NCBI RefSeq assembly: GCF_006345805.1
Contig: NW_021834580.1
Span: 1 to 64,000 of the forward strand
DNA from: Octopus sinensis
Lineage: Eukaryota
DNA: 64,000 nucleotides
Direction: 5' to 3'
A model generated the notes under the pieces. The model made no database searches and was not told the origin of the DNA. It saw only the letters and a program-made list of their open reading frames with translations. Every line of letters starts with the position of its first letter. Positions within the stretch are counted from its first letter, which is position 1. Of this stretch, positions 37,405 to 49,689 are shown piece by piece. A program made the position numbers and the translations under genes.

Positions 37405-38080
37405 CTGTTCCTTCCCCTCCTCCTTGCCCTCCTCCTCCGCTTCTTCTTCTCCTTCTTCTTCTTCTTCTTCTTCTTCGTCTTCTTCTTCTCCTTCTTTTCT
37501 TCTTCTTCTTCTCCTTCTTCTTCTTCTTCTTCTTCGTCTTCTTCTCCTTTCTTCTTCTTCTTCTTCTTCTTCTTCTTATCTTCTTCTTCTTTTTCTTTTT
37601 CTTTTTCTTCTTCGTCTTCTTCTTCTTCTTCGTCTTCTTCGTCTTCTTCTTCTTCTTGTCTCTTCGTTTCTTCTCTTCTTTTCTTCTTCTTCTTCTTCTT
37701 CTTCTTTATCTTTTTTCTTCTTCTTCTTTATTTTTCTTCGTCTTCTTCTCTTATTCTTTATCTTCTTCTTCTTCTTCTTTATCTTCTTCTTCTTCTTCGT
37801 CTTCTTCTTTTTCTTTTTTCTCCTTCTTCTTCTTCTCTTTATTTCTTCTTCTTCTTCTTCTTCTTCTTATTCTTTATTCTTATTCTTATTCTTCTTTTCT
37901 TTTTCCTTTTCTTCTTTTTCTTCTTATTCTTCTTCTTTATCTTCTTCTTCTTCGTCTTCTTCGTCTTCTTCTTTTTCTTCTTCTTCTTCTTTTTCCTCTT
38001 CTTCTTCTTCTTCTACTATTTCTTCTTCTTCTTCTTCTTCTACTTCTTCTTTTTCTTCTTCTTCTTCTTCTTCTTCTTCA
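37405..38080. repeat. about 680-bp (TTC)n-rich polypyrimidine tract
   Basis: Direct reading. Confidence 0.95.
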
Positions 38081-38530
38081 TCAGCAACATCATCGTCGTT
38101 GTCGTCGTCACCATCGTTATCATTACCTCAACCACTAAGACCACTGCCCTACCACCACCACCACCACCACCACCATTATCATCAACAACATCCTCAAAAG
38201 CCACCTCCAAAACCACTACCTCCACCACCGTCAATCCCACCACCAATACCACCAGCACCAACACCACCACAACCGTCATCATCATCATCATCTCTGGAAA
38301 GAATTTATCATTTCTTTCCATTTATCTCTATCAAACCGTGAAAATTATGTTAAACCATAATTAACGTAAAAATACTGTTTTTTATTGTTGGAACTCAAAC
38401 TAGCATATCGATATAATTAAAAGCACTACCATAAAACCCTTGTCCTGTATTCGGAATGACAGAATTTTTAAAATTTAGTTACAGCCAAATCATGTCACTT
38501 TTTTCCTTCGTATTTATATTAATCTGAAAG

Positions 38531-38915
38531 TGGAGGCGCAATGGCCCAGTGGTTAGAGCAGCGGACTCGCGGTCATAGGATCGCGGTTTCGATTCCCAGA
38601 CCGGGCGTTGTGAGTGTTTATTGAGCGAAAACACCTAAAAGTTCCACGAGGCTCCGGCAGGGGATGGTGGTGATCCCTGCTGTACTCTTTCACCACAACT
38701 TTCTCTCACTCTTACTTCCTGTTTCTGTTGTACCTGTATTTCAAAGGGCCGGCCTTGTCACTCTCTGTGTCACGCTGAATATCCCCGAGAACTACGTTAA
38801 GGGTGCACGTGTCTGTGGAGTGCTCAGCCACTTACGCGTTAATTTCACGAGCAGGATGTTCCGTTGATTCGGATCAACCGGAACCCTCATCGTCGTAACC
38901 GACGGAGTGCTTCCT
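38531..38915 (+). mobile_element. SINE family C with 16-bp TSD
   Basis: TSD TATTAATCTGAAAGTG on both sides. Confidence 0.92.
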
Positions 38916-39081
38916 CCCTATTAATCTGAAAGTGTGTGGCCAATTGGATAGAAGTGTCAGACTCATGGATGTAAGGTCGATGGTTCGATTCGTGAAAAGC
39001 GTTGTACCTTTGAGATAGTTCGTTGCTTTGAGTATTTTGTTTCCCTTCATATAGGGCACACACGCACATACATACAAACAT

Positions 39082-39461
39082 GGGAAGCACTCCGTCGGTT
39101 ACGAGGATGAGGGTTCCGGTTGATCCGAATCAACGGAACAGCTTGCTCGTGAAATTAACGTGTAAGTGGCTGAGCACTCCACAGACACGTGTCCCCTTAA
39201 CGTAGTCTCGGGATATTCAGCGTGACACAGAGAGTGACAAGGCCGGCCCTTTGAAAACAGGTACAACAGAAAAGGAAATAAGAGTGAGAGAAAGTTGTGG
39301 TGAAAGAGTACAGCAGGGATCACCACCATCCCCTGCCGGAGCCTTGTGGAGCTTTAGGTGTTTTCGCTCAATAAACACTCACAACGCCCGGTCTGGGAAT
39401 CGAAACCGCGATCCTATGACCGCGAGTCTGCTGCCCTAAACGCTGGGCCATTGCGCCTCCA
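39082..39461 (-). mobile_element. SINE family C
   Basis: Inverted relative to 38531-38915. Confidence 0.92.
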
Positions 39462-39849
39462 CTTACGAACATACAATCACATATATAGACATACACCAGC
39501 ATGCTATCGATATATGTGAGAATTCACGTTCAAGTAATGTGTGTGTATGTATACTTCGGTAACATGTGTGGTGTGTGTGCACGTATGTGTCTGTGTGTGT
39601 ATCTGTATGACTGTGTGGTGTATAAGTACACAGATGCACACCTGTTATGACTGTGTGTGTGGGGTGTATGTTATTTGGGTATCGATGATGTATGCGTAGT
39701 ATATATATACATGTCTGTAAAACACGTACGCCACAGTCAGGTGAATGCTCTCAGAATTTTAATTCAGTTTTGTCAACTGTCAATATTAACAACGAAAATT
39801 GCAATATATTTTCATATGTTTCTCTACGTATCACCTGCGACAAAATTCG

Positions 39850-40287
39850 CGGATCTTTTCGGTTTGAACGGCAGTTTTTGACATAATTCCTAGGTAACTA
39901 AAAAAATTTTTTTAAACTTCGTTATGGTAGGATGTGTTTATAAAACATCTTTTTCTCTTGGCTTATTGAGAAAATTCATTGTTTGTAAGATATGTTGTTT
40001 TTTTTCTTCAATTTCGGCAATTTCAACCAATCACTGACGTCCATTGAGGTAAACAACATTCTGTTGTGCCGTATGAATATGTCCCTCGTTTAAGAAAACA
40101 GATTGGTTTATTTACATGTGAAGAAGAAAAAAAGATACCCTTCCTCCCACCCCTAACCCTAACCCTAACTAACCCTAACCCTAAAATAAATTGAAATGCA
40201 ATAAATCGATACTAGGGTCATAATTATGGGTGACAATTTCATATGACACCGCTAGGAAAAAACTGCCGTTCAAACCGAAAAGATCCG
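39850..40287. mobile_element. MITE with ~30-bp TIRs and internal (CCCTAA)n
   Basis: CGGATCTTTTCGGTTTGAACGGCAGTTTTT / AAAAAACTGCCGTTCAAACCGAAAAGATCCG; second copy at 52871-53159. Confidence 0.88.
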
Positions 40288-40499
40288 AAAAGTGAAATTT
40301 ACACACAAGTCAGTCTGGAAAAAAATGCGCGTATATTTCTCTGTATGAGAGAGAGATAGTTAAAAGTGTGTGTGTATGAAAGGGAGAGAGAGAGAGAGAG
40401 AGAGAGATATTGTATTCATAAACATGCAAACACACGCACATACATATATGTAATTAAATATACGATAATATATAAACATGCATATATTATATTTACACA

Positions 40500-40554
<55 letters not shown>

Positions 40555-40555
40555 G

Positions 40556-40644
<89 letters not shown>

Positions 40645-40850
40645 CAAAAGAGAGAGAGATGAAGTGGGAAGGGAGAGAAGAGAGAGAAGAGGAATGGAAA
40701 AAGAGAGAGATGAGGCTGCGCGTGTAGTTCTGTGTCAGTGAGTATGGATTTGGATGTAGCTATGAATGTATCTATATTTGCATTTCATTTCTCCAAATTT
40801 TCAATTAAACTAACTACTTTACCAAAACAGAGCGTCCTCCACGGAGAAAT

Positions 40851-40983
40851 ATCCCTTTCTGTAGAGAGCGTAGGCTCGAAACGCAGACTTTTTCTATTCC
40901 TGAGCGTCTATACTAATACATCTGTTGTTTTGTACACCACCTGTCTTCGTCTTTTGTTTTTTTTTTCGTAAACTCTCCCTATA
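40851..40983 (+). mobile_element. hammerhead-bearing ~135-bp repeat, third copy
   Basis: CTGTAGA-GAGC GTAG GCTC-GAAACGC; cleavage triplet mutated. Confidence 0.7.
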
Positions 40984-41777
40984 CATACATACATACATAC
41001 ATACATACATACATACATACATAAATATATATATACATACATGCATAAATAAATTCGTATATACAAAAAAATGATATGGTCCTACTTATGGAGTATCTGT
41101 TGTATATCTATACAACAGATTCGTGGCCAGGAATCGAAATCTTGGTCTTCACGCTCGTTTTCATTGTCCTCGGAGTGTGCAATTAAAATCAATTTAACTT
41201 ATCAAAATTTGCCACCATCGTAGGTGAAAGAAAATCTGATATAGATAAACTCATTTAATTTTAGCTGCCATGACCTAGTTCGCGTTAAACTCGAATATAT
41301 ATTCGCGTTACCTGTGAAGAAAATAAAAAGTCTTTCTGTCGTTCAGACAGTTTCTTCAACTACGAAGTAACTTTGCCAAGCCTTAGTTTACGCGAAAGCG
41401 CGCGTGCACACACACACATACACACACACACACAACACACACACACCACACACACACACACACACTACACACAAATACTACACTACGCACACGCAAACTT
41501 CTTTCACGCGAGCCAAGCACTCTTTTCCTTCTTTTTTCCACGTACTTAGTAGCAGACTACCATAAGAACTGGAGAAAAGATTTTCAACTGAAAGAGACCA
41601 CCAAACCTATACGAACTCGTAGCAGTTGTGTAATTAATTAACGATTGAGTAAAATCTCTAAGTATATCTTTCATCAATTCTTTTCGATACATACAGAAAT
41701 TATGAATTTGTTATCTCTAACTACTTACTTTTTACCTGTAACGCATACATTCATACACACACACACACTCACATACA

Positions 41778-41817
<40 letters not shown>

Positions 41818-41842
41818 AAACGCACGTATACGTGCATAAGCA

Positions 41843-41960
41843 AAGGTCAAATGGACGAACACAAATGTATCAGATTGACGCTCAAAGAAAATTTTATATG
41901 GAAAAAATGCGGAGTGACGTTTCGAGCATTGCCTCTCGTCAGAAAGAGGAAAAACTCCGA
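41843..41960 (-). mobile_element. pLTR-like fragment with canonical hammerhead core (41915-41941)
   Basis: Minus strand CTGACGA-GAG GCAATG CTC-GAAA-CGTC; stem I poor. Confidence 0.55.
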
Positions 41961-41994
41961 GAAGAAAGAGATTAGTTCATAATATATACATACA

Positions 41995-42262
41995 ATAGAC
42001 CAGATAAGTGGTGAGTGTCAACATAAAGCTAAAGGTCAGCGAAGGAAAAAACACCTACACTAAACTATTGAGAAATATACAGCTATTTCACACGGATGAG
42101 AAGTTCAAAGTCATACCTATAATTATTGTAGCACTCGGATATGTAACAAACTGTCTCAATACCAATATTGAGAAAACAGAAAGCAAATAAGATTACAGAT
42201 ACAAGCCGTCGATGAAACTGTCAAAATATGCAAAACTTTCCAAAAGTTTAGCTTATGAGATA
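41995..42262 (+). mobile_element. R4/Dong-like non-LTR retrotransposon 3' fragment (REL endonuclease C-terminus)
   Basis: VNIKLKVSEGKNTYTKLLRNIQL..FKVIPIIIVALGYV..LQIQAVDETVKICKTFQKF resembles the K..KY..L..IPIIIGALG pattern (recognised from memory). Confidence 0.65.
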
Positions 42263-42313
42263 ATACGCGCGTTTAGACGTGCAACGATATGTATGAATAT
42301 ACATACATATGGA

Positions 42314-42646
42314 TGGAAGCACTCCGTCGGTGAAATTAACGTGTAAGTGGCAGAGCACTCCACCGACACGTGTACCCTTAACGTAGTTCTCGGGGATATT
42401 CAGCGTGACATAGAGAGTGACAAGGCCGGCCCTTTGAAATACAGGTACAACAGAAACAGGAAGTAAGAGTGAGAGAAAGTTGTGGTGAAAGAGTACAGCA
42501 GGGATCACCACCATCCCTGCCGGAGCCTCGTGGAGCTTTAGGTGTTTTCGCTCAATAAATACTCACAACGCCCGGTCTGGGAATCGAAACCGCGATCCTA
42601 TGACCACGAGTCCGCTGCCCTAACCACTGGGCCATTGCGCCTCCAC
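42314..42646 (-). mobile_element. SINE family C with tail deletion
   Basis: Match to family C. Confidence 0.9.
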
Positions 42647-42819
42647 ACATACATATAACAACATAAACATCAACATCAGCACAGGTACGGATTCCAAATA
42701 TTTGTACACATACACACAACTATGTTGACGCTGTGAGAATTCTCATAAAGGACACTTGGATCTAGGGTGGAAACTGTCTGTCTCTCTCTCTCTCTTGGTA
42801 AGACATCTAGTGATTAAAC

Positions 42820-43305
42820 TTAATAATCCTTTCTTTTATAGGCACAAAGCCTGGAATTGTAAAGAGGGGGGGTACTCGATTACATCGATCGCAATGCGTA
42901 ACTGGCAACTTATTTCATCGACCCGCGAAAGACTGAAAGGCAAAATCGACCTCGGTGGATTTTGAACTGAGAAAATAAAGACGTGCGAAACGTCGCTAAG
43001 CATTTTGCCAGGAAGTGAAAACCTGACGACGCAAACTGGGAAGTATGTAATCAAGCCATGTTTGCATAAGACGGGCGGCTGGCAGAAGCGTTAGCACGCC
43101 GGGCGAAAGGCGAAATGCTTAGCGGTATTTCGTCTGCCGTTACGTCTGAGTTCAAATTCCGCCGAGGTCAACTTGCCTTTTATCCTTTCGGGGTCGATAA
43201 TTAAGTACCAGTTACACATGGGGTCGATGTAATCGACTTAATCTGTTTTGTCTGTCCTTGTTTTTCCCTCTGTGTTTAGCCCCTTGTGGATAGTAAAGAA
43301 ATACA
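42820..43305. mobile_element. two SINE B copies, head-to-head (42820-43010 minus, degenerate; 43073-43305 plus)
   Basis: Match to family B. Confidence 0.8.
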
Positions 43306-43402
43306 TATTTGCATAAATGACTACTTTTAGAAGCTGATGGCTCAGAAAAAGACGCTTCTTTGTGAAAATTATTTATCAGTAAAAGAAAATTAATCAAATT
43401 TC

Positions 43403-43856
43403 AGGAGTGGCTATAGGCGCAGGAGTGGCTATAGGCACAGAAGTGGCTGTGTGGTAAGTAGCTTGCTTATGAACCACATGGTTTCGGGTTCAGTCCCACT
43501 GCGTGGCACCTCGAGCAAGTGTCTTCTACTGTAGCCTCAGGCCGACCAAAACCTTGTGAGTGGATTTGGTGGACGGAAACTGAAGAAGCCCGTCGTATAT
43601 ATGTATAGCTGTGTGTGTGTGGTGTTTGTGTGTCTGTGTTGTTTTGTCCCCCCCCCCCCCCCCTCACTTGGACACATGACCGATGCTGGTGTGTTTACGT
43701 CCCCGTAACTTAGCGATTCGGAAAAAGAGACCGATAGTATAAGTACTAGGCTTACAAAGAATTAAGTATGAGGGTCGATTTCCTCGACTAAAGGCGGGAT
43801 CCAGATGCCGCAGTCAAATGACTGAAACCAAGTAAAAGAGTAAAAGAGTAAAGGAG
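43403..43856 (+). mobile_element. SINE family A with triplicated 5' end
   Basis: GGAGTGGCT motif repeated three times at the 5' end. Confidence 0.88.
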
Positions 43857-44548
43857 TATAAACTAACTAAAAATAAGGAAAAAAAATTATCATGTGAAAG
43901 GAGGACAGCAAGAATCAAAAAATAATGACGTACATATTCATTCTTAATACGTTCCGGCAGATTCGAACATAAATATGCTAATCGCTGCTGTATTTCGTCT
44001 TCACAGAGCACCTCTTTTCAGACGATGTATGTTCACAAAACACTCGATTCATTGATGTGAGAAGACTAAGACACTGCAATGTTTCCACTGGTTTGTTCCT
44101 CTTCGGCCAAAGCTACCTCGTTTCAATGAAACTAAACAACAACTGCGGTTCAGGCTTATAAGATTCAGCAAATTAATTATTTACTGATGAGGGCTCATAT
44201 CTGAAAGACCGTTAATAAATTACTATGTGCAACGGAAAACAGTGGAAATAAAAGTATTAATATACGTATTAGTACTTAATACGTCCAAGCATATTCAAAT
44301 GTGTACATGACGATCACTGTTGCAAAAATAATGATTTTTTAATATAGAATTGTCATTTTATGAACCGTCACCTTCTAGAAATTGCTAACCGATAATTTGG
44401 TACGTTATTATTAGTCTATGATTGTAGTGGTTTGTGCTAGTGGCGATGGTGATTTCGTATATTCCGTATCCGAACTACTTCAATATATTAACGGAAATTA
44501 ATTCATTTCTTTTGCCAAATTTATTTTCTTCTCTGTTTTGTCTCCCTT

Positions 44549-44613
<65 letters not shown>

Positions 44614-44629
44614 TTCTCTCCCTCCCTCT

Positions 44630-44685
<56 letters not shown>

Positions 44686-44779
44686 TTCTCTCTCTCTCTC
44701 TCTCTCTCTCTCACCGAATTCAGGCAGGCAAGAAATATATGCCGCATTATTGCATTCATATACAAGCATATACATAGGC

Positions 44780-44925
44780 GGAATTTCAACCGTGTTTCGT
44801 GGTCTGCTACCACAGCAGCTCCTTTATAGGATCCAGTTAGCTCAAAGCATCATCAGGAGGAACCACGTTTTGCCGTGGCGAGCCCCCACCCCTTTCGGAG
44901 GTGTCTTCAGCTCTGGTGTTGGGTG
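44780..44925 (-). mobile_element. structured ~150-bp repeat, second copy
   Basis: Homologous to 26233-26404. Confidence 0.6.
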
Positions 44926-45237
44926 CATGTTTCCTTTCTTCTTTCTTCTGTTCCCTGGCCTCTTCGATGTAGCGTCAACGAGTGTCAGCGGACGACTGAC
45001 TGTTTCGTCAATTTTTTTTTCCTTTAAATACCTGCTGCTTAGGCTCCAGCAGGTAGCCCCAGCAAGTTGTCACGTGACACAGTCTCAACTTTAACTGACT
45101 AATGAAGGCGCGTAGTCTTAGCCCACGCATTCTCTAAACGACCGTCACCTGTCAATAAGCGAAGCTAATTCAGTGTCAGCTTGTCTCACCTAGTAATGTT
45201 ATTTTCCTGCCGGTATGTTATGACTTTCAAGCCGTTT

Positions 45238-45540
45238 TTAGTCTTCCCGTTTCAGCCATATATAGAAGCTGGCTTTTTCGACCGCCTCCTGTACTCTCAT
45301 TAGTTTTCTCAGCTCCGAGCTAGAAAAAACAAATCTTCTTTTGAATAGCGTTGTCATTTTTCTTCCAATGGAGCCCCTAGCCCCCACTGCCAGGTGGTAA
45401 TACTCGACATTCCGTCCCTCTTCTCTGCACTCTTCGATTAGTTTTTCGTACCTCTTCTCCTTTCGTTTCTCTGCATTGCCGATGTTCTCTTCCCATGGCA
45501 CTGTCTGTTCTAGCAAAATTCCTATTCTCCGTTCTCATGA
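45238..45540 (-). mobile_element. HERO/R2-superfamily-like non-LTR element, REL endonuclease C-terminus
   Basis: LEQTVPWEENIGNAEKRKEKRYEKLIEECR..LAVGARG..EAVEKASFYIWLKR matches the ELTVPWE..K..KY..L..VEVG.RG pattern (from memory). Confidence 0.75.
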
Positions 45541-46014
45541 TGTACACACCTAGCAATGAACTCATAAAAATATGCACTCCCTTCTGTTTAGAAAAAGGCA
45601 CAAATACGTGAGCATGACCCAGAAAATGAGTGAATATGTATGTGCTTGTGTGCTCGCGTGTATGTGTGTTGTGCGCGCGCTTATGTGTGTGAGCGCGCGC
45701 GTATGTATATGTATATGTCTCGGGTGTGACCTTAAACTATATCCAGTGATGAAGTTCCATTGCGGAAGTTCTGAAGTTGTGGGGAGCGTGGAGTCACCCC
45801 TTAATTACCATTATTCTCAGTTATGTTCTGATCCAGAATAGTAGTTACCTATCAGGGTCTCACATATGCGTTAAATAGACTTCCCAGGGGTAGAGGAGGT
45901 TCCCGTTACTTTCTGACAAAACCGTGGGAAAAAGAAAAGCAAAGAGAGGAGAAATAGACGCAGAGAGAGGTTTCATGACAATCAAGAAAGAGGAAAAAAT
46001 GATAAAGGATAGAC

Positions 46015-46087
<73 letters not shown>

Positions 46088-46379
46088 TTACATACATAGA
46101 TAGACAGACAGACAGACAGATAGGAAGTCAGATACAGACAGACAGATAGATAGAGAGACAGACAGAGAGTGTGTCTTTTCAATTTGATGTGGTCAATTCA
46201 TTGAAATTTCATTACAGGGCATTTTCTTTTTCTCTTCTTTCTTTTTTCTTTTCCATTATATACTTATCAACATATTTGTAAAAAATACATTTTCTCACAA
46301 GGGTTGGTAACCTTTCAAAAATGTAAATTTGAAAGGTCACCAGCTCTTGTGAGAAAAGGTGTGTATTTAGAAATATATT

Positions 46380-48130
46380 GATAGGTACACAATGGAGACT
46401 CGCATTTGGGGACAGCAGTGGTCCGGGGATAGCGGTGGTCCGGGAGCTAAGAAGGCCGGAAGTCTCAACTGCGACAGGCTCAACCATAAATCTATCGGAG
46501 AGCAACCGATTCCTTGACAGTTTGCTTTTCTTAGCCTGATGAGCAACGGGGCCTGGGCTGGTAGCTGACAACATCAAGTTTCCACTGGAGGAGGTGTCAC
46601 GGTACGTTGCATCCCAGAAGGGCCTACCACCATGGAACGGAAGAATTGGACTTTTACTGTCCCCTCGTTCTAGCCCCGCTGGCTCGAGCTGGGAAAGGAA
46701 GCCTACGGCCTCTAGGCCATGCATTATGATCTTGTTAAGGGTGACATAGCATGGAAGGCGACAAGCACAATGACGGCATGACAGTGGGTGGAGGCCGAAA
46801 GGATCCCCAGTGGGTATGCAGCGGGATTCATGAGGCTCACAGATATGGAGACCAAGTCTCAGAGAAACACCGATGCACAGGCAGTCGCTATCAAGTGCGA
46901 ATGATGGCACCGAATTGAGTCAAGCTCCGGTGTGAGGCTCAGAGGCTGGGCTGAGACATGCCAGACAGTGCTGGTCTAGTCGGTGCACAAACTTGTCCGC
47001 AGTCATGCTACACCGGGAGTGGGGCGTTCCGTTTCTTTTAAGAGGACCAGACGTTCACAATTGGGAGAAGGGGATGGACGCCAGCGAGGAACAGGCCGAG
47101 CCGGTTCCATGTTACCACGGCCGCCTTACGTTTCCCAATTACAGATGGTTCAGTTGTGTTGTGAAGAACCCTGTTAATAAGAACACAGTAAGAGGACACC
47201 GACGAGAGAAAAGCTGGCAGGGCCAGTGAAACCGGGAATTGAAGGCCGAGGCCGCCATATTTGATGGGTAAGGTGGCCTGTTGCCATCCTGTGTCCTCGA
47301 ACTAAACGTTGCATATCTCTTCTGTGGCACGTTGGATACAGGCATCGAGATCTGTGAGGAGAGATACGTGGATGTAGCAAGGGGCACAGCGGAGAGTATG
47401 CAATGTCTTTTACATAGCGGGTGGGCATCAATCGCTTTCAGTCTGTCCGTCAATCTTTCAAGCTGGAAGAGCTTAGATCTGAGGGTAGAGCGAATGGCAG
47501 GCAGGAGGATCGGCGAACCAAGGGTAAAGACATCCTCCTTTGAGGTCACCTGTAGCTGGTGAAGTAGTGAATGTAGGTCGGAGACAGGGGCTACACAGCC
47601 CAATGCGTCGTAGTTGATTTTCACGACCTCCGACTTGGACGAGTTTATTTCAAGGCCGATCATCGCTAGAGCGGAAACCACTGGTCGGAAATCGTGGCAG
47701 GCATTCTCTACTGGCCCACCAGTCGTCGCATCATCCAGGTACCAGACGTTAAAAGGAGCTGTGATGACTCCGAGCAATGCTGTCCACCCCGAGAGCGAAT
47801 AGGAGGGGGCCCAAGGTATCGCCCTGTTGAACGCGGTCGAAGATGGTATGACATTATCTGCGCTGAGGAGCCTGCTTGCAGCCCCGTACGGCAGGTAAGC
47901 CAACAGGGAGGCTGACGGGGCACGGCTTAGGCAGGTCTGGAGCAAGTAGTCATGGCTTGGACAGTTGAAAGCGTTTTTCAAACCAAACTTGACAATGAGG
48001 TGCTCGGTATCGCTAGACGTCGGCTCAGGAAGAGAGTCATTGAAAAAATCGCCTAGCAGCATGGGCGGCTCCTTCGCACCCGCTGCATACGCCTACCCCC
48101 AGCTGTACCGGGCTGAGTTCCTCGTCTAGC
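46380..48130 (-). mobile_element. CRE-clade non-LTR retrotransposon relic (RT plus zinc knuckle plus REL)
   Basis: KNAFN, VWYLDDATTGG, IGLEINSSKSE, LGSPI; LRLGLHICEPH..HPLSC..LEPAGLERGD..WDAT..VEPVAVETSG. Confidence 0.85.
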
Positions 48131-48302
48131 TCAGACGCAACAGAGCTGCAAATTCCAAATAAATGGATATAGACATAGAAAAGTATTAATTTTATGATCG
48201 TGATTGTAGGTTTCATATGTGGAATGGCCTGAATAAAGAGAAAAGAAACCGCACATTCATTCGATCTTTAACCACAGACTTGTTTGAAATTTTAGGAAAA
48301 TA

Positions 48303-48520
48303 TGGCGACGAACTGACAGAATCGTTAGAACGCTGGATGAAATGCTTAGCGATATTTCACCCGTCGCTACGTTCTGTGTTCATATTTCGCCGAGGTCGAC
48401 TTTTCCTTTTAACCTTTCGAGGTCGATAAATCAAGTACCAGTTAAGTACTGGTATCGATGTAATCGACTATCCCCCTCCCCTAAATTTCAGGCCTTGAGC
48501 CTATAATAGAAAGGAATTTT
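48303..48520 (+). mobile_element. SINE family B variant, degenerate
   Basis: Match to B core. Confidence 0.65.
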
Positions 48521-48629
48521 AGGAAAATAAAAGAACATTTGAAGATAAGGATATCATAAAAAGATAATCTTTAATCCGTTTGAAGATAAGGATATCATAA
48601 AAAGATAATCTTTAATCCGTTTCTGGTGT

Positions 48630-48770
48630 CTGAACGGAATGCCATCCAGTGTAGCATGACTGCGGACGGGTTTGTGCGCCAACTTGACCAGCAGCGTCTG
48701 GCATGTCTCCGCTCAGCCTCCGAGCCTCACACCGGAGCTTGGCTCAATTCGGTGCCATCACACGCAACTG
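48630..48770 (+). mobile_element. second CRE fragment, inverted relative to the first
   Basis: QQRLACLRSASEPHTGAWLNSVPS; homologous to the reverse complement of about 46900-47035. Confidence 0.8.
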
Positions 48771-48837
48771 ACAGATTCATGAGAATGGAAAGTGTAGATG
48801 TACGTTTAACTAAATAAATGTATGTATATACACACAT

Positions 48838-49230
48838 AGGCGCAGGAGTGGCAGTGTGGTAAGTAGCTTGCTTGCCAACCACATGGTTCCGGGTTCAGTC
48901 CCACTGCGTGGCATCTTGGGCAAGTGTCTTCTGCTATAACCCCGGGCCGACCAATGCCTTGTGAATGGATTTGGTAGACGGAAACTGAAAGAAGCCTGTC
49001 GTATATATGTATATATATATTTGTGTGTGTGTATGTCTGTGTTTGCCCCCCTAGCATTGCTTGACAACCGATGCTGGTGTGTTTACGTCCCCGTCACTTA
49101 GCGGTTTGGTAAAAGAGACCGATAGAATAAGTACTGGGCTTAAAAAGAATAAGTCCCGGGGTCGATTTGCTCGACTAAAGGCGGTGCTCCAGCATGGCCG
49201 CAGTCAAATGACTGAAACAAGTAAAAGAAA
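48838..49230 (+). mobile_element. SINE family A
   Basis: Full-length match. Confidence 0.92.
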
Positions 49231-49689
49231 GAAAGATGTATGTACATTAGCGTAGATTAAGTGTATATGTATATGTAGGTATGCGCACTAGTAAATTTGT
49301 TAATTTAATAGCCTCTCTTAATGATTTGAAAAGCAACAGAGGGTGGTAGTGATAGTATGTATCTAAAATTATGTCTGTAAAGTGAGTTTTTTTGGTATCA
49401 TTCTGACTTAAGGAAGTGAACTGGTTTTCTTTGAAGTGGAACGGTAACAGACACCAGAGACGGATAATTGTTAAAGGTTATCCTTTCATGACATTCTTAT
49501 CATCAAATGTTCTTTATTTTCCTAAAATTCCAAACAACTTTGTGGTTAAAGATCGAATGAATTTGTGGTTTCTTTACTCTTTATTTTTTATGGCCGTTAA
49601 CTTGTTTTTGTTGTTGTTTTTTTTCTTATTTTCTAATTTGTATCGCTTTGTATTTCCTTGTCCTTCTTTGTCAGAGGAATAATTAAAAA

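Noticed and set aside
37327-38364. 345-aa ORF and the many poly-X ORFs in the track
   Set aside because: Translations of microsatellites (TTC, TA, CATA, CA, AAT) with no domain content.
38531-38605. tRNA gene candidates (SINE heads, also 8925-8995)
   Set aside because: A/B-box-like motifs run into SINE bodies; no complete acceptor stem or cloverleaf could be supported.
40153-40184. Telomere or chromosome-fusion signature
   Set aside because: The CCCTAA units are internal to a MITE present twice in the window.
44184-44220. CTGATGA-GGGCTCATATCT-GAAA motif
   Set aside because: Stem II is mostly G-U and no valid stem III, cleavage site or stem I register was found; at best a very old relic.
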